A stretch of 64,000 bases of DNA from an uncultured cyanobacterium. Its GTDB lineage: Bacteria > Cyanobacteriota > Cyanobacteriia > PCC-9006 > JAAUQQ01. The notes under the pieces were generated by a model that saw only the letters and a program-made list of their open reading frames with translations, was not told the DNA's origin and ran no database searches. The DNA is taken from NCBI GenBank assembly GCA_963718615.1, contig OY970368.1, positions 928,001-992,000 of the forward strand, written 5' to 3'. Below, in pieces: positions 51,821-61,005 of the stretch (position 1 is the first letter of the stretch; every line of letters starts with the position of its first letter). Both the position numbers and the translations under genes were made by a program.

Positions 51821-52801
51821 ATGGTGCACCACTCCCACGAGAGCCATCCCCACGCCCATCCCCCCGAGCAGCCCCCCCAACCTTCCCACCTAGGCATAGT
51901 TCGTCGCAAAGCGGTACGACGGGTGTTAGTTATTACGTTAGTCCTCAATTTAGCGGTGGTGTTGCTAAAAGGCTGGGTCGGATGGGTTACTGGCTCCCTC
52001 AGCATTATGGCCGACGCGCTCCACAGTGTGACCGACAGTATCAATAATGTTCTGGGTCTGGCAACCAATCAATTAGCGACCCCTGAGCCCGATCGCGAAC
52101 ATCCCTATGGTCACCAAAAATTTGAAGCGGTGGGAGCCCTGGGCATTGCGGCATTTCTCGGCATTGCCTGCTTTGAGATCTTGAAAACCGCAGTTTCGCG
52201 CCTGTTCACAGGGAGTAGCCCCCTAAATATCACAGCACCAGAACTATGGTTGTTGATCTTGGTCCTCGGAATTAATATTTTTGTGGCGTTCTACGAGCGC
52301 AGGGTGGGCAAACGCCTCGATAGCCCCATTCTGATCGCCGATGCCCACCACACCATGAGCGATGTCTGGATTACGATTACGGTGATTGTAGGGTTGCTAG
52401 GGGTATGGCTGCTAAAAATTCAGTGGCTGGATATGGTGCTGGCGTTTCCGGTGGCGGCCTTGGTGCTGTGGAGCGCTTGGGAGGTGTTGAAAATGAATTT
52501 GCCTTGGTTGGTGGATGAGATGGCGATCGCCCCCGAAGCCATCCACCAAACGGTCATGGAAGTACCTGGGGTCATGAATTGCCACAGCATCGCCTCGCGG
52601 GGCATGTTAGGACGGCAGGTGTTTGTGGAAATGCATTTGATTGTAGAGGCCCAGGATGTGGAGACGGCCCACAAGATTACGGAGGCGGTGGAGGCGAAAT
52701 TGAGCGATCGCTACCACCCCATTCGCCCAACGATTCACGTCGAACCCCCGGACTATGTTTCGGAGGAATTAACCTACACGCCGGACTCGCAGCATCCCTG
52801 A
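51821..52801 (+). CDS. Cation diffusion facilitator transporter
   Basis: His-rich N-terminus, ADALHS..D, PDREHPYGH.KFE, ADA.H..SD, IHVEP. Confidence 0.95.
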   Translation: MVHHSHESHPHAHPPEQPPQPSHLGIVRRKAVRRVLVITLVLNLAVVLLKGWVGWVTGSLSIMADALHSVTDSINNVLGLATNQLATPEPDREHPYGHQKFEAVGALGIAAFLGIACFEILKTAVSRLFTGSSPLNITAPELWLLILVLGINIFVAFYERRVGKRLDSPILIADAHHTMSDVWITITVIVGLLGVWLLKIQWLDMVLAFPVAALVLWSAWEVLKMNLPWLVDEMAIAPEAIHQTVMEVPGVMNCHSIASRGMLGRQVFVEMHLIVEAQDVETAHKITEAVEAKLSDRYHPIRPTIHVEPPDYVSEELTYTPDSQHP

Positions 52802-52832
52802 ATCCAGGCTGGATTAAACCCCAAGACCTTCT

Positions 52833-53040
52833 CAGATTGATGAGCCGTTTTGGATGCCGGAGATGGGTTTGGGGCTCGGTCGGCGTGTTTTGTCCTTTGG
52901 GGGACTGGAACAGGAGGGGGTGAGCTGGTGGCAGCGGACAGCAGCTACTATCTCAACGCGGAGGAACTTGCCCAACAGGCAGAGTAAGACAAGGAACGGC
53001 TGGCGGCAAAATTGTGGGAATTGGGGGTTGATCCGGGCGA
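52833..53040 (+). pseudogene. Degenerate 3' fragment of a Uma2 gene
   Basis: GAGCCGTTTTGGATGCCGGA...CGGCTGGCGGCAAA...GGGGTTGATCC parallels 54356-54600 with frameshifts. Confidence 0.8.
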
Positions 53041-53047
53041 AATTTGA

Positions 53048-53434
53048 TCACCAAATGAGCTGAACAGGATACTGAGAGAATATTTGATCGGCACTAATCA
53101 GAGGCATTTCCTCCTGGCGGGCTTGAGAAATAATGAGCCGATCAAACGGATCGCGATGGTGCTGTTCTAATGCGCTCAGACCGTAAATGTGATGCGTTTC
53201 AATCGATAGCAATTGTAGTTGGTTGGTTTGTATTTCATCAGTGACTAGAGTTTCCAATGGGAGTGCGAGAGATAATTTACCAAGCTGCTGCTTGATTTGT
53301 ATTTCCCAGATGCTGACCTTACTCAGAAAAATTGAGTTTTCTCGGTTCTCTAGAATTCTACGCGCCTGCTCGGAAAGCCGTTCTGGACTGAGGCTGAGCC
53401 AGAGAAAAACGTGGGTGTCGATCAGGTAGTTCAC
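53048..53434 (-). CDS. VapC/PIN toxin
   Basis: YLIDTHVFLW, S.WEI.IK, HRDPFDRLII.QA, LISAD. Confidence 0.93.
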   Translation of the reverse strand: MNYLIDTHVFLWLSLSPERLSEQARRILENRENSIFLSKVSIWEIQIKQQLGKLSLALPLETLVTDEIQTNQLQLLSIETHHIYGLSALEQHHRDPFDRLIISQARQEEMPLISADQIFSQYPVQLIW

Positions 53435-53700
53435 ACATCCTCTCCAAACCAGAAGGAATCTGGGAGGGGATCGTTGAAGTCTGGGCTGATCGAACCCATG
53501 CCAGCGTGGAGACCCAGAACCCTTGGCGGTTGGGCAGTTGCAGGCTGAACTTTAGGGGGTAACGTCGAGGGTAATGACTGAAAGTGTTGATATTTATTGA
53601 GTAAGAACTCGATGAAATCAAGGACTTGTTTTTGCAGTGCGGGTGGAAGAAGGGACCATTTTTTCTGCATTTCGGCTGTTAGAGGGCTAATTTTTTCCAT
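53431..53700 (-). CDS. DUF2281-type antitoxin
   Basis: LP..LQKQVLDFIEFL, R.LG...G....SPDFNDPL; 4-bp overlap with the toxin. Confidence 0.85.
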   Translation of the reverse strand: MEKISPLTAEMQKKWSLLPPALQKQVLDFIEFLLNKYQHFQSLPSTLPPKVQPATAQPPRVLGLHAGMGSISPDFNDPLPDSFWFGEDV

Positions 53701-53875
53701 AGCTTGCGCTTAAGGATAGAGACGGGGCATGTTCTCTCCATTTTAGCGGCAGCTTGAGGTGAGAAAGAAAGGTTGGATATTGACTGAATCGCTGAATAGG
53801 TGGCGATCGCTATGCCCCTAACCCATGTCGTATGCTTGAGGAGCACCCACGTATTTTGGGATAGACCCAGAAACT

Positions 53876-54613
53876 ATGCTTCAGGTTGATCCAAAACTCC
53901 AGTTGCCCTCCAGTACCGAGCTACCCTGCTCAGACGATATTCCTGTGGATAACGAAGACCAGAACCTGCTGCCAAATTACCTACTGTTTCTGCTGCAGCG
54001 CATTTGGGCCGATCGCCTCGACTGGTTTTTTGCGGTGGATATGGCGATTTATCACACCACCGGAGCAAACCCTAGGGTTCCCGTCGTGCCGGATGCGTTT
54101 TTGAGTTTGGGGGTCGATCGTAAGAAAAATGGCGAATCTCGCCTCAGCTATGTGATGTGGGAGGAGAATGAGACGCCGCCCGTGATGGTGCTGGAAATGG
54201 TTTCCCATACACCGGGCGGTGAGTACGACAGAAAGCTAGAAATTTACCGCAGGCTGGGGGTGCTCTACGTGGTGGTCTACAATCCCCGCTACTGGCAGCG
54301 AGAGCGGCATCAGCCTTTTGAGGTTTATAAGCTGATGGATGGAGCTTATCAGCTACAAATTGGTGAGCCGTTTTGGATGCCGGAAGTCGGCTTGGGGATT
54401 GGCAGGCATGTATTAACGCTGGGTGGGCTGGAGCAGGAAGGTTTGAGCTGGTTTGCTGTGGACGGGATCCCCTATCCCAGCGCCGAGCAACTGGCTCAGC
54501 AAGCCGAGCAACTGGCTCAGCAAGCCGAGCAACGGCAGCAGCAGGCGGAGCAGGATAGGGAGCGGCTGGCGGCAAAGCTTCGGGAGCTGGGGGTTGATCC
54601 AGACAGCGTGTGA
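53876..54613 (+). CDS. Uma2 (DUF820) PD-(D/E)xK endonuclease-like protein
   Basis: LPCSDD.PVDNEDQ, VPDAFL, LEMVS, EYD.K..IY, coiled-coil tail LRELGVDP. Confidence 0.93.
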   Translation: MLQVDPKLQLPSSTELPCSDDIPVDNEDQNLLPNYLLFLLQRIWADRLDWFFAVDMAIYHTTGANPRVPVVPDAFLSLGVDRKKNGESRLSYVMWEENETPPVMVLEMVSHTPGGEYDRKLEIYRRLGVLYVVVYNPRYWQRERHQPFEVYKLMDGAYQLQIGEPFWMPEVGLGIGRHVLTLGGLEQEGLSWFAVDGIPYPSAEQLAQQAEQLAQQAEQRQQQAEQDRERLAAKLRELGVDPDSV

Positions 54614-54677
54614 GACAGAAGTTGGGGAGCAGCGGGATACGCTAGGCTATTGAAAGCTCATCGTGGAGTGTTTTTCA

Positions 54678-55049
54678 ATGGCGCAAATTGTTCTAGAGTT
54701 GCCTGATAGCTTTGTGGAACAGGTGAGTCGTCTTTGTCCAAACCAGGATTTAGCTGGGGTTTTGGCAGACCGGCTGGTGAAACTATGGTCTTTGGGAGAG
54801 TTGTTGCCGGAGTCGTTGTCGGAAGTTTCGCTTCAGCAGTTGACGGATAGCGAGGTATTGGAGCTGGCTGAGCTGAAGATGGAGGCTGGGCAGAATCAGC
54901 GGTTGGGAGATCTACAGACAAAGGGAAAGACGCAGTCTCTGACGAAGCTTGAAAGCATTGAGCTGTTTGTTTTATTGCAGGTTTATCAGCTTGGACAGCT
55001 ACGCAAGTCTGAAGGATTAGCAGAGGCGTCACGGCGCGGAGGACGTTAA
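54678..55049 (+). CDS. Hypothetical antitoxin-like protein
   Basis: Ends GQLRKSEGLAEA.RRG and is followed directly by an HNH remnant. Confidence 0.7.
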   Translation: MAQIVLELPDSFVEQVSRLCPNQDLAGVLADRLVKLWSLGELLPESLSEVSLQQLTDSEVLELAELKMEAGQNQRLGDLQTKGKTQSLTKLESIELFVLLQVYQLGQLRKSEGLAEASRRGGR

Positions 55050-55144
55050 ATTCACCGTTGGCGGTGACTGTGAGGCGGAATTGGGTAAAGGCGGGGTGGC
55101 ATCCACCAAACTTATCAGCTCAAAATAATAATTTAGAACTCTGA
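55046..55144 (+). pseudogene. C-terminal remnant of an HNH endonuclease
   Basis: LNSPLAVTVRRNWVKAGWHPP, typical of the tail of cyanobacterial HNH proteins; 5' part absent. Confidence 0.65.
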
Positions 55145-55179
55145 AGAGGCGGAAATTCCAAAACGGATAAGCTAGATAT

Positions 55180-55293
55180 TGGTTGACTTGCGGGAATGTG
55201 ACGAATCGGGCTTTGCGTCAGCTTTTGGCGGAGACTTTTGCAGATGCCTTGCAACAGCTTGAGATCGGGGAAGAAATTGTGGAAATTGGGTAA
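55180..55293 (+). pseudogene. C-terminal remnant of a DUF5615 PIN-like protein
   Basis: WLTCGNVTNRALRQLLAETFADALQQLEIGEEIVEIG*; no 5' part. Confidence 0.65.
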
Positions 55294-55558
55294 GGTGGTG
55301 TGTGGCGGGTAGAGGCGGTGCGGCGTGGACTGTAAGGAAGCGTTGGCTGCATGAGTTTGTCAGAGTAAGGTCGATTTACGCATTTTCGACGTTTCAGCCG
55401 ATCTTGCCTTACAATTTGAAACCAAAGACTCTTAAAAAACAGGATTTTTTGAACGATTCTATAAGCTTTCAGGCGATATTTGGCTAGACCTGGCTTTTTC
55501 GGCAAGCTCTAAATAGCAAGAAATAGGATAGGTAGCGGGTACAGAGTATCGTCAAGAA

Positions 55559-55596
55559 AAAACTCCGCCTCTGACAACATCAGAAAGCGGAGTTTT
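55559..55596. terminator. Bidirectional terminator downstream of pilA
   Basis: AAAACTCCGC-CTCTGA-CAACA-TCAGAAA-GCGGAGTTTT. Confidence 0.7.
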
Positions 55597-55774
55597 GGGT
55601 TCACACAATAATTAGCGTAGTTACAGAAACGCTAGTGTTAAAAGATTCAATTGAGTCAAAGCACCTACCTTTTGTGCAGTCGCAGATTTTTACTAGAAAA
55701 ACAAGCTGTTTGCGATATTAATCGTGCTTTACTCAATTGGCTAAGCTGATTTCGAACGGTATAGGGGCTTAAAC

Positions 55775-56395
55775 CTAGTTAACCGGATTATAGCCAGCAG
55801 GATCAGCCGCAAGATTGGGACATACGGGAGCACCAGCTCCAGCAGTGTATACAAACCCAAACGTGTCCGTGCCATCTGCACCAGTCTGCACAGGAGCCTT
55901 CACCGCTTCACAGAGAGTGGCAAGGGTAGTTGCTTCGCCAGTTCCGAGCTGAGTACCAATTTGGACACCACCTAGGTATGCTTTTAAGGAATCAGTTTTC
56001 GGCTGAGCCTGATTAGTGACACTTTTAAAGGTATCTGCTACTGTGCCCGCATCACCGTCCGCAACATTGTAGATGTAGTACTGGGTTGTTGTCTGAATAC
56101 CCAAGCCAAGAGCTCCAATCGCTTTATCATTAGTACCTATGGTTGTGATGCCAGGGGCTGCAAAGCTACCTTTTTCTAAGTAGTAAGCTTGCTGAGCACG
56201 GTTCATAGAACCTACATAGGTTTTGGCTTCAGACTGCTTTGCTTTGTTAGCCTGGTTTAGGAAGGAAGGCAGGGCAATGGCAGATAGAATACCAATGATG
56301 ATGATCACGACTAGCAACTCAATCAAGGTGAAACCACCTTCTTGGCGCTTTGCAACAACGTGCTGTAGAAACTTAGTCTTGAATTCAGCTTTCAT
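55775..56395 (-). CDS. pilA: Type IV major pilin
   Basis: G|FTLIELLVVIIIIGILSAIALPSFL prepilin motif, KAKQSEAK. Confidence 0.95.
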   Translation of the reverse strand: MKAEFKTKFLQHVVAKRQEGGFTLIELLVVIIIIGILSAIALPSFLNQANKAKQSEAKTYVGSMNRAQQAYYLEKGSFAAPGITTIGTNDKAIGALGLGIQTTTQYYIYNVADGDAGTVADTFKSVTNQAQPKTDSLKAYLGGVQIGTQLGTGEATTLATLCEAVKAPVQTGADGTDTFGFVYTAGAGAPVCPNLAADPAGYNPVN

Positions 56396-56452
56396 TATGA
56401 TGTCTCTCCTAGAGGGGTTCGGTGCCGTCTATTGTCTAGCTCCTGAATACAA

Positions 56453-56459
56453 CTTACCC
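56453..56459 (-). promoter_or_regulatory. SigF-type promoter element (GGGTAAG) of pilA
   Basis: GGGTAAG about 60 bp upstream of the pilA ATG; SigF control of pilA1 is established in Synechocystis. Confidence 0.65.
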
Positions 56460-56507
56460 AGAAGACATGGGTTTCATATCATTTAGCACAGAAGCTCTGT
56501 TTCTTCT

Positions 56508-57836
56508 TTAAGTGGATTGTTCTGCAAGCACATACCCTAACTCCATAAGGCGCTGCATCTCGACTTGAATAGCATCATGGGCTTCCTGATAAGTCGTGGG
56601 TGCTAGGGTTAGCAAATTAACCGGTTGAATTTTTCGCCACTGCTCTACTATTGCCGAAAACTCCGTTGGACCGTTAAATAGCTGGAGTAAGCAGGACGCG
56701 AGTAGGCCATTAACCAGGACGGGCGAGACGCTTTTGTCGCAAATTCTGTTAAGATCTGTCACTGTCATAGTGATTACCGATTCTGTCAAGTTTTGCTGTA
56801 GCTGCTCCGTTGCGATCTGTGGATGCAGAGCGATTCGCGAGCTTTGCCATTGTTCTGTTGTCCAATGTTCTAGAGGTATTGGATCTGCTGAATCGTCGGG
56901 GTGACCACACCAGAGATCCAGCAAGCGGTTGAATTTGGAGTTTAAAAGCTCATACATGTGGAGCTGTTCTTCTGGGCTAGCGCCTGCAAGGGCTATCGCA
57001 ACCCCAACCGGAACTTCTTCTAAGTCCTCGAACAAAGTGAGTAGGTTCCATCGTTCCCATTCGACCATACTGATGAATTCCAAGCCAGCTTTGCTCAGAG
57101 CTGAAAAAAATTGAGGGATAGTCCAGCCTTTGTCGCCCCTAAGAAGATGGTTAGCCAAAACGAGTCCGTCATCTGTTTGATAAGGTGGGCTCCAGGTCTG
57201 TGCCTTGATTGTCACCGCTGGCCTGAGTGCAGCCATGAACTCACGAAACAATGCAATCGAAGTTTCTCTGGATTCATCCATGATGCCGACCATCTGGGCG
57301 AATTCTTGAGCCTGATGATAAAGGTGACGTTGTAACGCGCTATGAAAATTGACTCGCAGCACTCCTGTTTTTTTTAAGACAGCACCCATGGTCTTGAGTC
57401 CTGCAATGGGGTCGGTAAGGAGATAAAGTACTTCATCACAATTAATGTAATCAAACTGCCTACCTAGCTGAGGTAAATTTGCCACGTCCATGACATGAAA
57501 TTCATAATTTTCAAAACCATAATGAGCAAGGCGTTTGCTTGCAAGATCAACAGATATTTCAGAGATGTCAATACCAACGATTCTTGCTCCAGGGTTGGCC
57601 GCAGCGAGAATTAAGGACTTATAACCACTTCCACAACCTACATCCAAAATGAGTTTGTCATGGGTAGAAATGATATGCTGGTTTTTCCGGTAATAACCTG
57701 TTACGAGACAATGGCTGTATAAGCGTTCTCTATCGTTGAGAGGAGATTGTTCCAAGGGAACATTGGGATAGGGGGCTTCATTAAATTGCTGGCGAATCTT
57801 TTCCAACATTTCTGAGGCGGCAATCATAGTACTCAT
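56508..57836 (-). CDS. Class I SAM-dependent methyltransferase
   Basis: QF...PYP, ILDVGCGSG, GIDIS, FDYINCDEVLY. Confidence 0.9.
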   Translation of the reverse strand: MSTMIAASEMLEKIRQQFNEAPYPNVPLEQSPLNDRERLYSHCLVTGYYRKNQHIISTHDKLILDVGCGSGYKSLILAAANPGARIVGIDISEISVDLASKRLAHYGFENYEFHVMDVANLPQLGRQFDYINCDEVLYLLTDPIAGLKTMGAVLKKTGVLRVNFHSALQRHLYHQAQEFAQMVGIMDESRETSIALFREFMAALRPAVTIKAQTWSPPYQTDDGLVLANHLLRGDKGWTIPQFFSALSKAGLEFISMVEWERWNLLTLFEDLEEVPVGVAIALAGASPEEQLHMYELLNSKFNRLLDLWCGHPDDSADPIPLEHWTTEQWQSSRIALHPQIATEQLQQNLTESVITMTVTDLNRICDKSVSPVLVNGLLASCLLQLFNGPTEFSAIVEQWRKIQPVNLLTLAPTTYQEAHDAIQVEMQRLMELGYVLAEQST

Positions 57837-58084
57837 AAACTTTAGGGGGACTATATGCTGTAGGCGTTGTAAAAACAGCGTTACGAGTGAATATAAACTA
57901 CCCTCTACCTAGAGAAATACCGTAGAACTAACCTTTACTCCGATTGCAGAGACTCAAAGGACTCTGGGAGTGAGCAGGATTTTGTGTAAATCCCTAAAAA
58001 TCAACGAAAGAATCAAGATTTTAGGCGGGTCGTGCCCAATTTTGTGAACACTCCCCAGAGCCCAGCGTCCTGGATAGCCAAAAT

Positions 58085-58397
58085 ATGTCTGCCAAAGACA
58101 TCAAAAAATCTCTAGCACTCGTGATTTTGTACCAAGACTTTCTGTTACAGAAATGGGAGGAGTTCAGAAATGCATAATCCCAACCCCCTCGCCCAAACCG
58201 TTACCTACAATCCCACCAACCTCAACATCATCGTCGGCTTTGGTGACGCTCGGCCCCCATCGAAATTAACCCCACGCTTGTCCCCGGCTGGCGCACCGTC
58301 ACCATCGACGACCTCAAAGCCGCCAAAATCGATCTTTACGGCGAGGCCATCACCCTTCCCTCCTATCCTGAGACCGAACTCTCCGTCCATTGGCTGA
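58085..58397 (+). pseudogene. Degenerate DUF4160 (3' part) plus frameshifted DUF2442 copy
   Basis: Parallels 59650-59960 (KDIKKSLALVILYQDFLLQKWEEFRNA; MHNPNP...NIIVGF.DARPP, then a frameshift). Confidence 0.85.
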
Positions 58398-58444
58398 ATC
58401 TCAGGCTATGCATAACCCCAACTCGCATCAAACCATTCAGCCGT

Positions 58445-58547
58445 GCAGGCTGGGTGGCGCGAAGCAGAATCCGGCAAAGCCGTAGCTCAATGCAATATAG
58501 CTCAATACCCCTGCCTGTTGGGTTTCACTGCGTTTAACCCAACCTAC
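58445..58547. repeat. Inverted pair of GTAG-type REP-like elements
   Basis: GCAGGCTGGGTGGCGCGAAGCAGAATCCGGC ... GTTGGGTTTCACTGCGTTTAACCCAACCTAC; related copies at 59268 and 61542. Confidence 0.7.
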
Positions 58548-58773
58548 GGCTGGTTTTGGGTTCAGGCTGACTGGCCGATCGCAACAACAAAACCTCCGCC
58601 ATCAGCTTTTGCAACAACGCCATCACCTCTGCCAACGTTGGCTGTGATGACCCTTGGCGAGACCGCTGGGCTAGCTCTGCCTCCCGTTCTTCTCGCTCTT
58701 GCCGCATCTCAGCGAGCTGCTCGCGAAGTGGCCCCGTACTTGGAATGATGTAGCTATCTTGAACGATCTCCAT
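58534..58773 (-). CDS. Small coiled-coil hypothetical protein (ORF A)
   Basis: ATG at 58773 overlaps the end of ORF B; the frame reads into the REP. Confidence 0.55.
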   Translation of the reverse strand: MEIVQDSYIIPSTGPLREQLAEMRQEREEREAELAQRSRQGSSQPTLAEVMALLQKLMAEVLLLRSASQPEPKTSRRLG

Positions 58774-58984
58774 CTTGGTCCTCCAGCACCTGAATCCGCT
58801 TGAAAGCCGCCTTGTTTTCATCTAACAAAATTTGCAGCGTTTGGTTCAGCTCAGCAAAGCCCGCTCGCATCTCTGCCAGAATTTCTTCCTTGTCTGCATC
58901 CACAATCTCTTTCAAAATTTCCAAGCCACCTCGGAGCACCTCGGTGGTCTCGATGAGTTTGTCGATATCTTGGCGATCGCTCAC
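58754..58984 (-). CDS. Small acidic coiled-coil hypothetical protein (ORF B)
   Basis: GTG start overlaps the ORF C stop (GTGA). Confidence 0.6.
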   Translation of the reverse strand: MSDRQDIDKLIETTEVLRGGLEILKEIVDADKEEILAEMRAGFAELNQTLQILLDENKAAFKRIQVLEDQDGDRSR

Positions 58985-59178
58985 TGCCCTGACAACTCAT
59001 CTAAGTTTTTGTCAACGATTTCCAACTGCTTCTTGAGCAGATACCTCAACTTTTGCGAATAACTCAGCTCGTTCCACATAACTGGGTCAATACCAGCCGC
59101 TTCCGGATACGCATCTATCTTGGCGAGCATGTCTGCAATGTCAATTTGGACTCTTTCCCTCGGTTTCTTTTGCGCCAT
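58981..59178 (-). CDS. Small putative ribbon-helix-helix-like DNA-binding protein (ORF C)
   Basis: Basic N-terminus, alternating strand RVQIDI, helix LSYSQKLRYLL; identical protein at 61255..61452. Confidence 0.6.
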   Translation of the reverse strand: MAQKKPRERVQIDIADMLAKIDAYPEAAGIDPVMWNELSYSQKLRYLLKKQLEIVDKNLDELSGQ

Positions 59179-59494
59179 AAGTTTTCACTGACATTATTGA
59201 CATCGTAAACAGAATGGCAAGAAAAGGCAAACAATTTGCCAAATTTGACACCAACTTGCTCGGCCTCGTAGGCTGGGTGGCGCGCAGCAGAGCCTAGCAA
59301 AGCTCCGGTTCCACGCTGTCACCAGCGCGATCGACGATTCCAGAGCCACTAAAATAAAGTGACTCTCGTAGATAAGGAGAAAGCCCTGGGGTTGCAGAGT
59401 TCAAGGTTCAGCCCTCGTCACCATCGATGGCCTCAAAGCCTGCCAAAATAGAGTAGCTAGAACGCGGCGAGTAGAGGATTGGAGAGACACCTAG

Positions 59495-59740
59495 ATGCCA
59501 GTAATTGTTAGCGAACAAGGCTTTAGCGTCGTTCTGTACTTCAACGATCACGACCCTGCCCACGCGCATGTCAAAAAAGCAGGCGGCGAAGCCCGGATCT
59601 TTCTGGGAGACATAGACACAGAGCCAAGCCTATGGGACAGCGACGGGCTCTCCAACAAAGACGTTAAAAAGGCACTGGCAATTGTCATCTTGTTTCAAGA
59701 CCTGCTGCTCCAAAAATGGGAGGAATTTAGAAATGCATAA
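59495..59740 (+). CDS. DUF4160 family protein
   Basis: MPVI....GF....YFNDHDPAHAHV, ends LL.KWEEF. Confidence 0.88.
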   Translation: MPVIVSEQGFSVVLYFNDHDPAHAHVKKAGGEARIFLGDIDTEPSLWDSDGLSNKDVKKALAIVILFQDLLLQKWEEFRNA

Positions 59741-60002
59741 CCCCAACCCCCAGGCCAAGAGCGTCAGCTACAACCCCGAGAACCTCAACATTATCGTCGG
59801 TTTTGATGACGCACGCCCCCCCATCGAAATCAACCCGACGCTTGTCCCTGGCTGGCGTATCATCACGATCGACGATCTCAAAGCTGCCAAAATCGATCGC
59901 TACGGCGAAGCCATCACTGTTCCGTCCTATCCGGACACTGAACTCTCTGTCCATTGGCTGATCCGGCATTTTGGGAGCCAGACCCCAGCAGATTTACAAT
60001 AG
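59733..60002 (+). CDS. DUF2442-like protein
   Basis: ATG overlaps the DUF4160 end; IIVGFDD.R, L.A.KI...GEAI..P...D.ELSV..L. Confidence 0.75.
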   Translation: MHNPNPQAKSVSYNPENLNIIVGFDDARPPIEINPTLVPGWRIITIDDLKAAKIDRYGEAITVPSYPDTELSVHWLIRHFGSQTPADLQ

Positions 60003-60062
60003 AGCGAGCCAAGCACCTAAAACCAGGGGCAGACATAGCAGTCGCAAACCACATCGCAAACC

Positions 60063-60353
60063 ATGCAAGCCTACAAATACACCGCCATCATTGATGCCAA
60101 TGGTCGCCTAGTTCTCGAAGAACCCCTTACACTCCCCGCTGGACAGATCCTCGAAATCGTAATCTGGATAAGTTCTGCGCCAATGCTCCATCCAGCTCCT
60201 CCATCGTCCTTACACCCCGAACCCATTGCTCGCCGCACCGTCCATTGCGACATCCCAATCCTGAAGGAATGGCTAGAACAAACCATTCCCCCGGCTGAGG
60301 TAGAGGCCGAACCAGCAAAATGGGAGTATCTGCGCTCCAAACATGGCCTATGA
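60063..60353 (+). CDS. Putative antitoxin
   Basis: A.ID.NG.L.L..PL.LP.G...EIVI; ATGA overlap with the PIN gene. Confidence 0.7.
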   Translation: MQAYKYTAIIDANGRLVLEEPLTLPAGQILEIVIWISSAPMLHPAPPSSLHPEPIARRTVHCDIPILKEWLEQTIPPAEVEAEPAKWEYLRSKHGL

Positions 60354-60766
60354 AAATATTGGTAGATACAAATGTACTTTTAGACATTGCGTTAGAAAGA
60401 CAGCCTTTCTTTGCCGACAGCCTCCAAGTGCTCTCGCTGATTTTCCACAAGCAGTTGGAGGGATACCTATCGGCATCAACCGTCAGCGATCTCTACTACA
60501 TCATTCGCAGAAACAAAGGGCACGCACCATCCATCGACTTTATCCGACGCATCTTAACGTTCTGTCGGGTCGCAGTTGTCGATCAAGATGCCATCGAATC
60601 CGCGCTGGATTCCAACTTCGGTGACTTTGAAGATGCTATCCAACATAGCACCGCAATCATTAACCAGCTTGATTTAATCGTTACGCGAAATCCCAATGAC
60701 TATACGGATTCGACAATCCAAATTCTTACACCGATACAGTTGCTAGGAGAATTTCGCCGTGAGTAG
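60350..60766 (+). CDS. PIN domain protein
   Basis: ILVDTNVLLD...R.PF, DFEDAIQ..A, IVTRN..DY. Confidence 0.92.
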   Translation: MKILVDTNVLLDIALERQPFFADSLQVLSLIFHKQLEGYLSASTVSDLYYIIRRNKGHAPSIDFIRRILTFCRVAVVDQDAIESALDSNFGDFEDAIQHSTAIINQLDLIVTRNPNDYTDSTIQILTPIQLLGEFRRE

Positions 60767-60777
60767 GCTGGCGTTGA

Positions 60778-60905
60778 ATGCAGAACTCTAACCCCCGAGC
60801 CCAAACCGTTACTGACAACCCCACCCTCGTTCCTGGCTGGCGTACCGTGACGGTCGATGAGCTCAAAGCCGCCACAATCGACCTGTAGGGCGAGGCGATT
60901 ACCCT
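60778..60905 (+). pseudogene. Internally deleted DUF2442 copy
   Basis: ATGCAGAACTCTAACCCC...CCTGGCTGGCGTACC...CTCAAAGCCGCC parallels 59733-59920. Confidence 0.75.
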
Positions 60906-61005
60906 CTGTACAATTCAGACAGAAAAGGGATTGAGAACCTTTAAACCCTGAATTGACTTGAAGTCATCTAACGTTGCGCGTCACTAACGTCAAATTGTAT
61001 TATGC

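Larger units (their letters stand above)
58570..59290. repeat. Duplicated segment, copy 1 (copy 2 at 61006-61564)
   Basis: Near-identical sequence; copy 2 lacks the 162 bp corresponding to 58771-58932. Confidence 0.95.
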
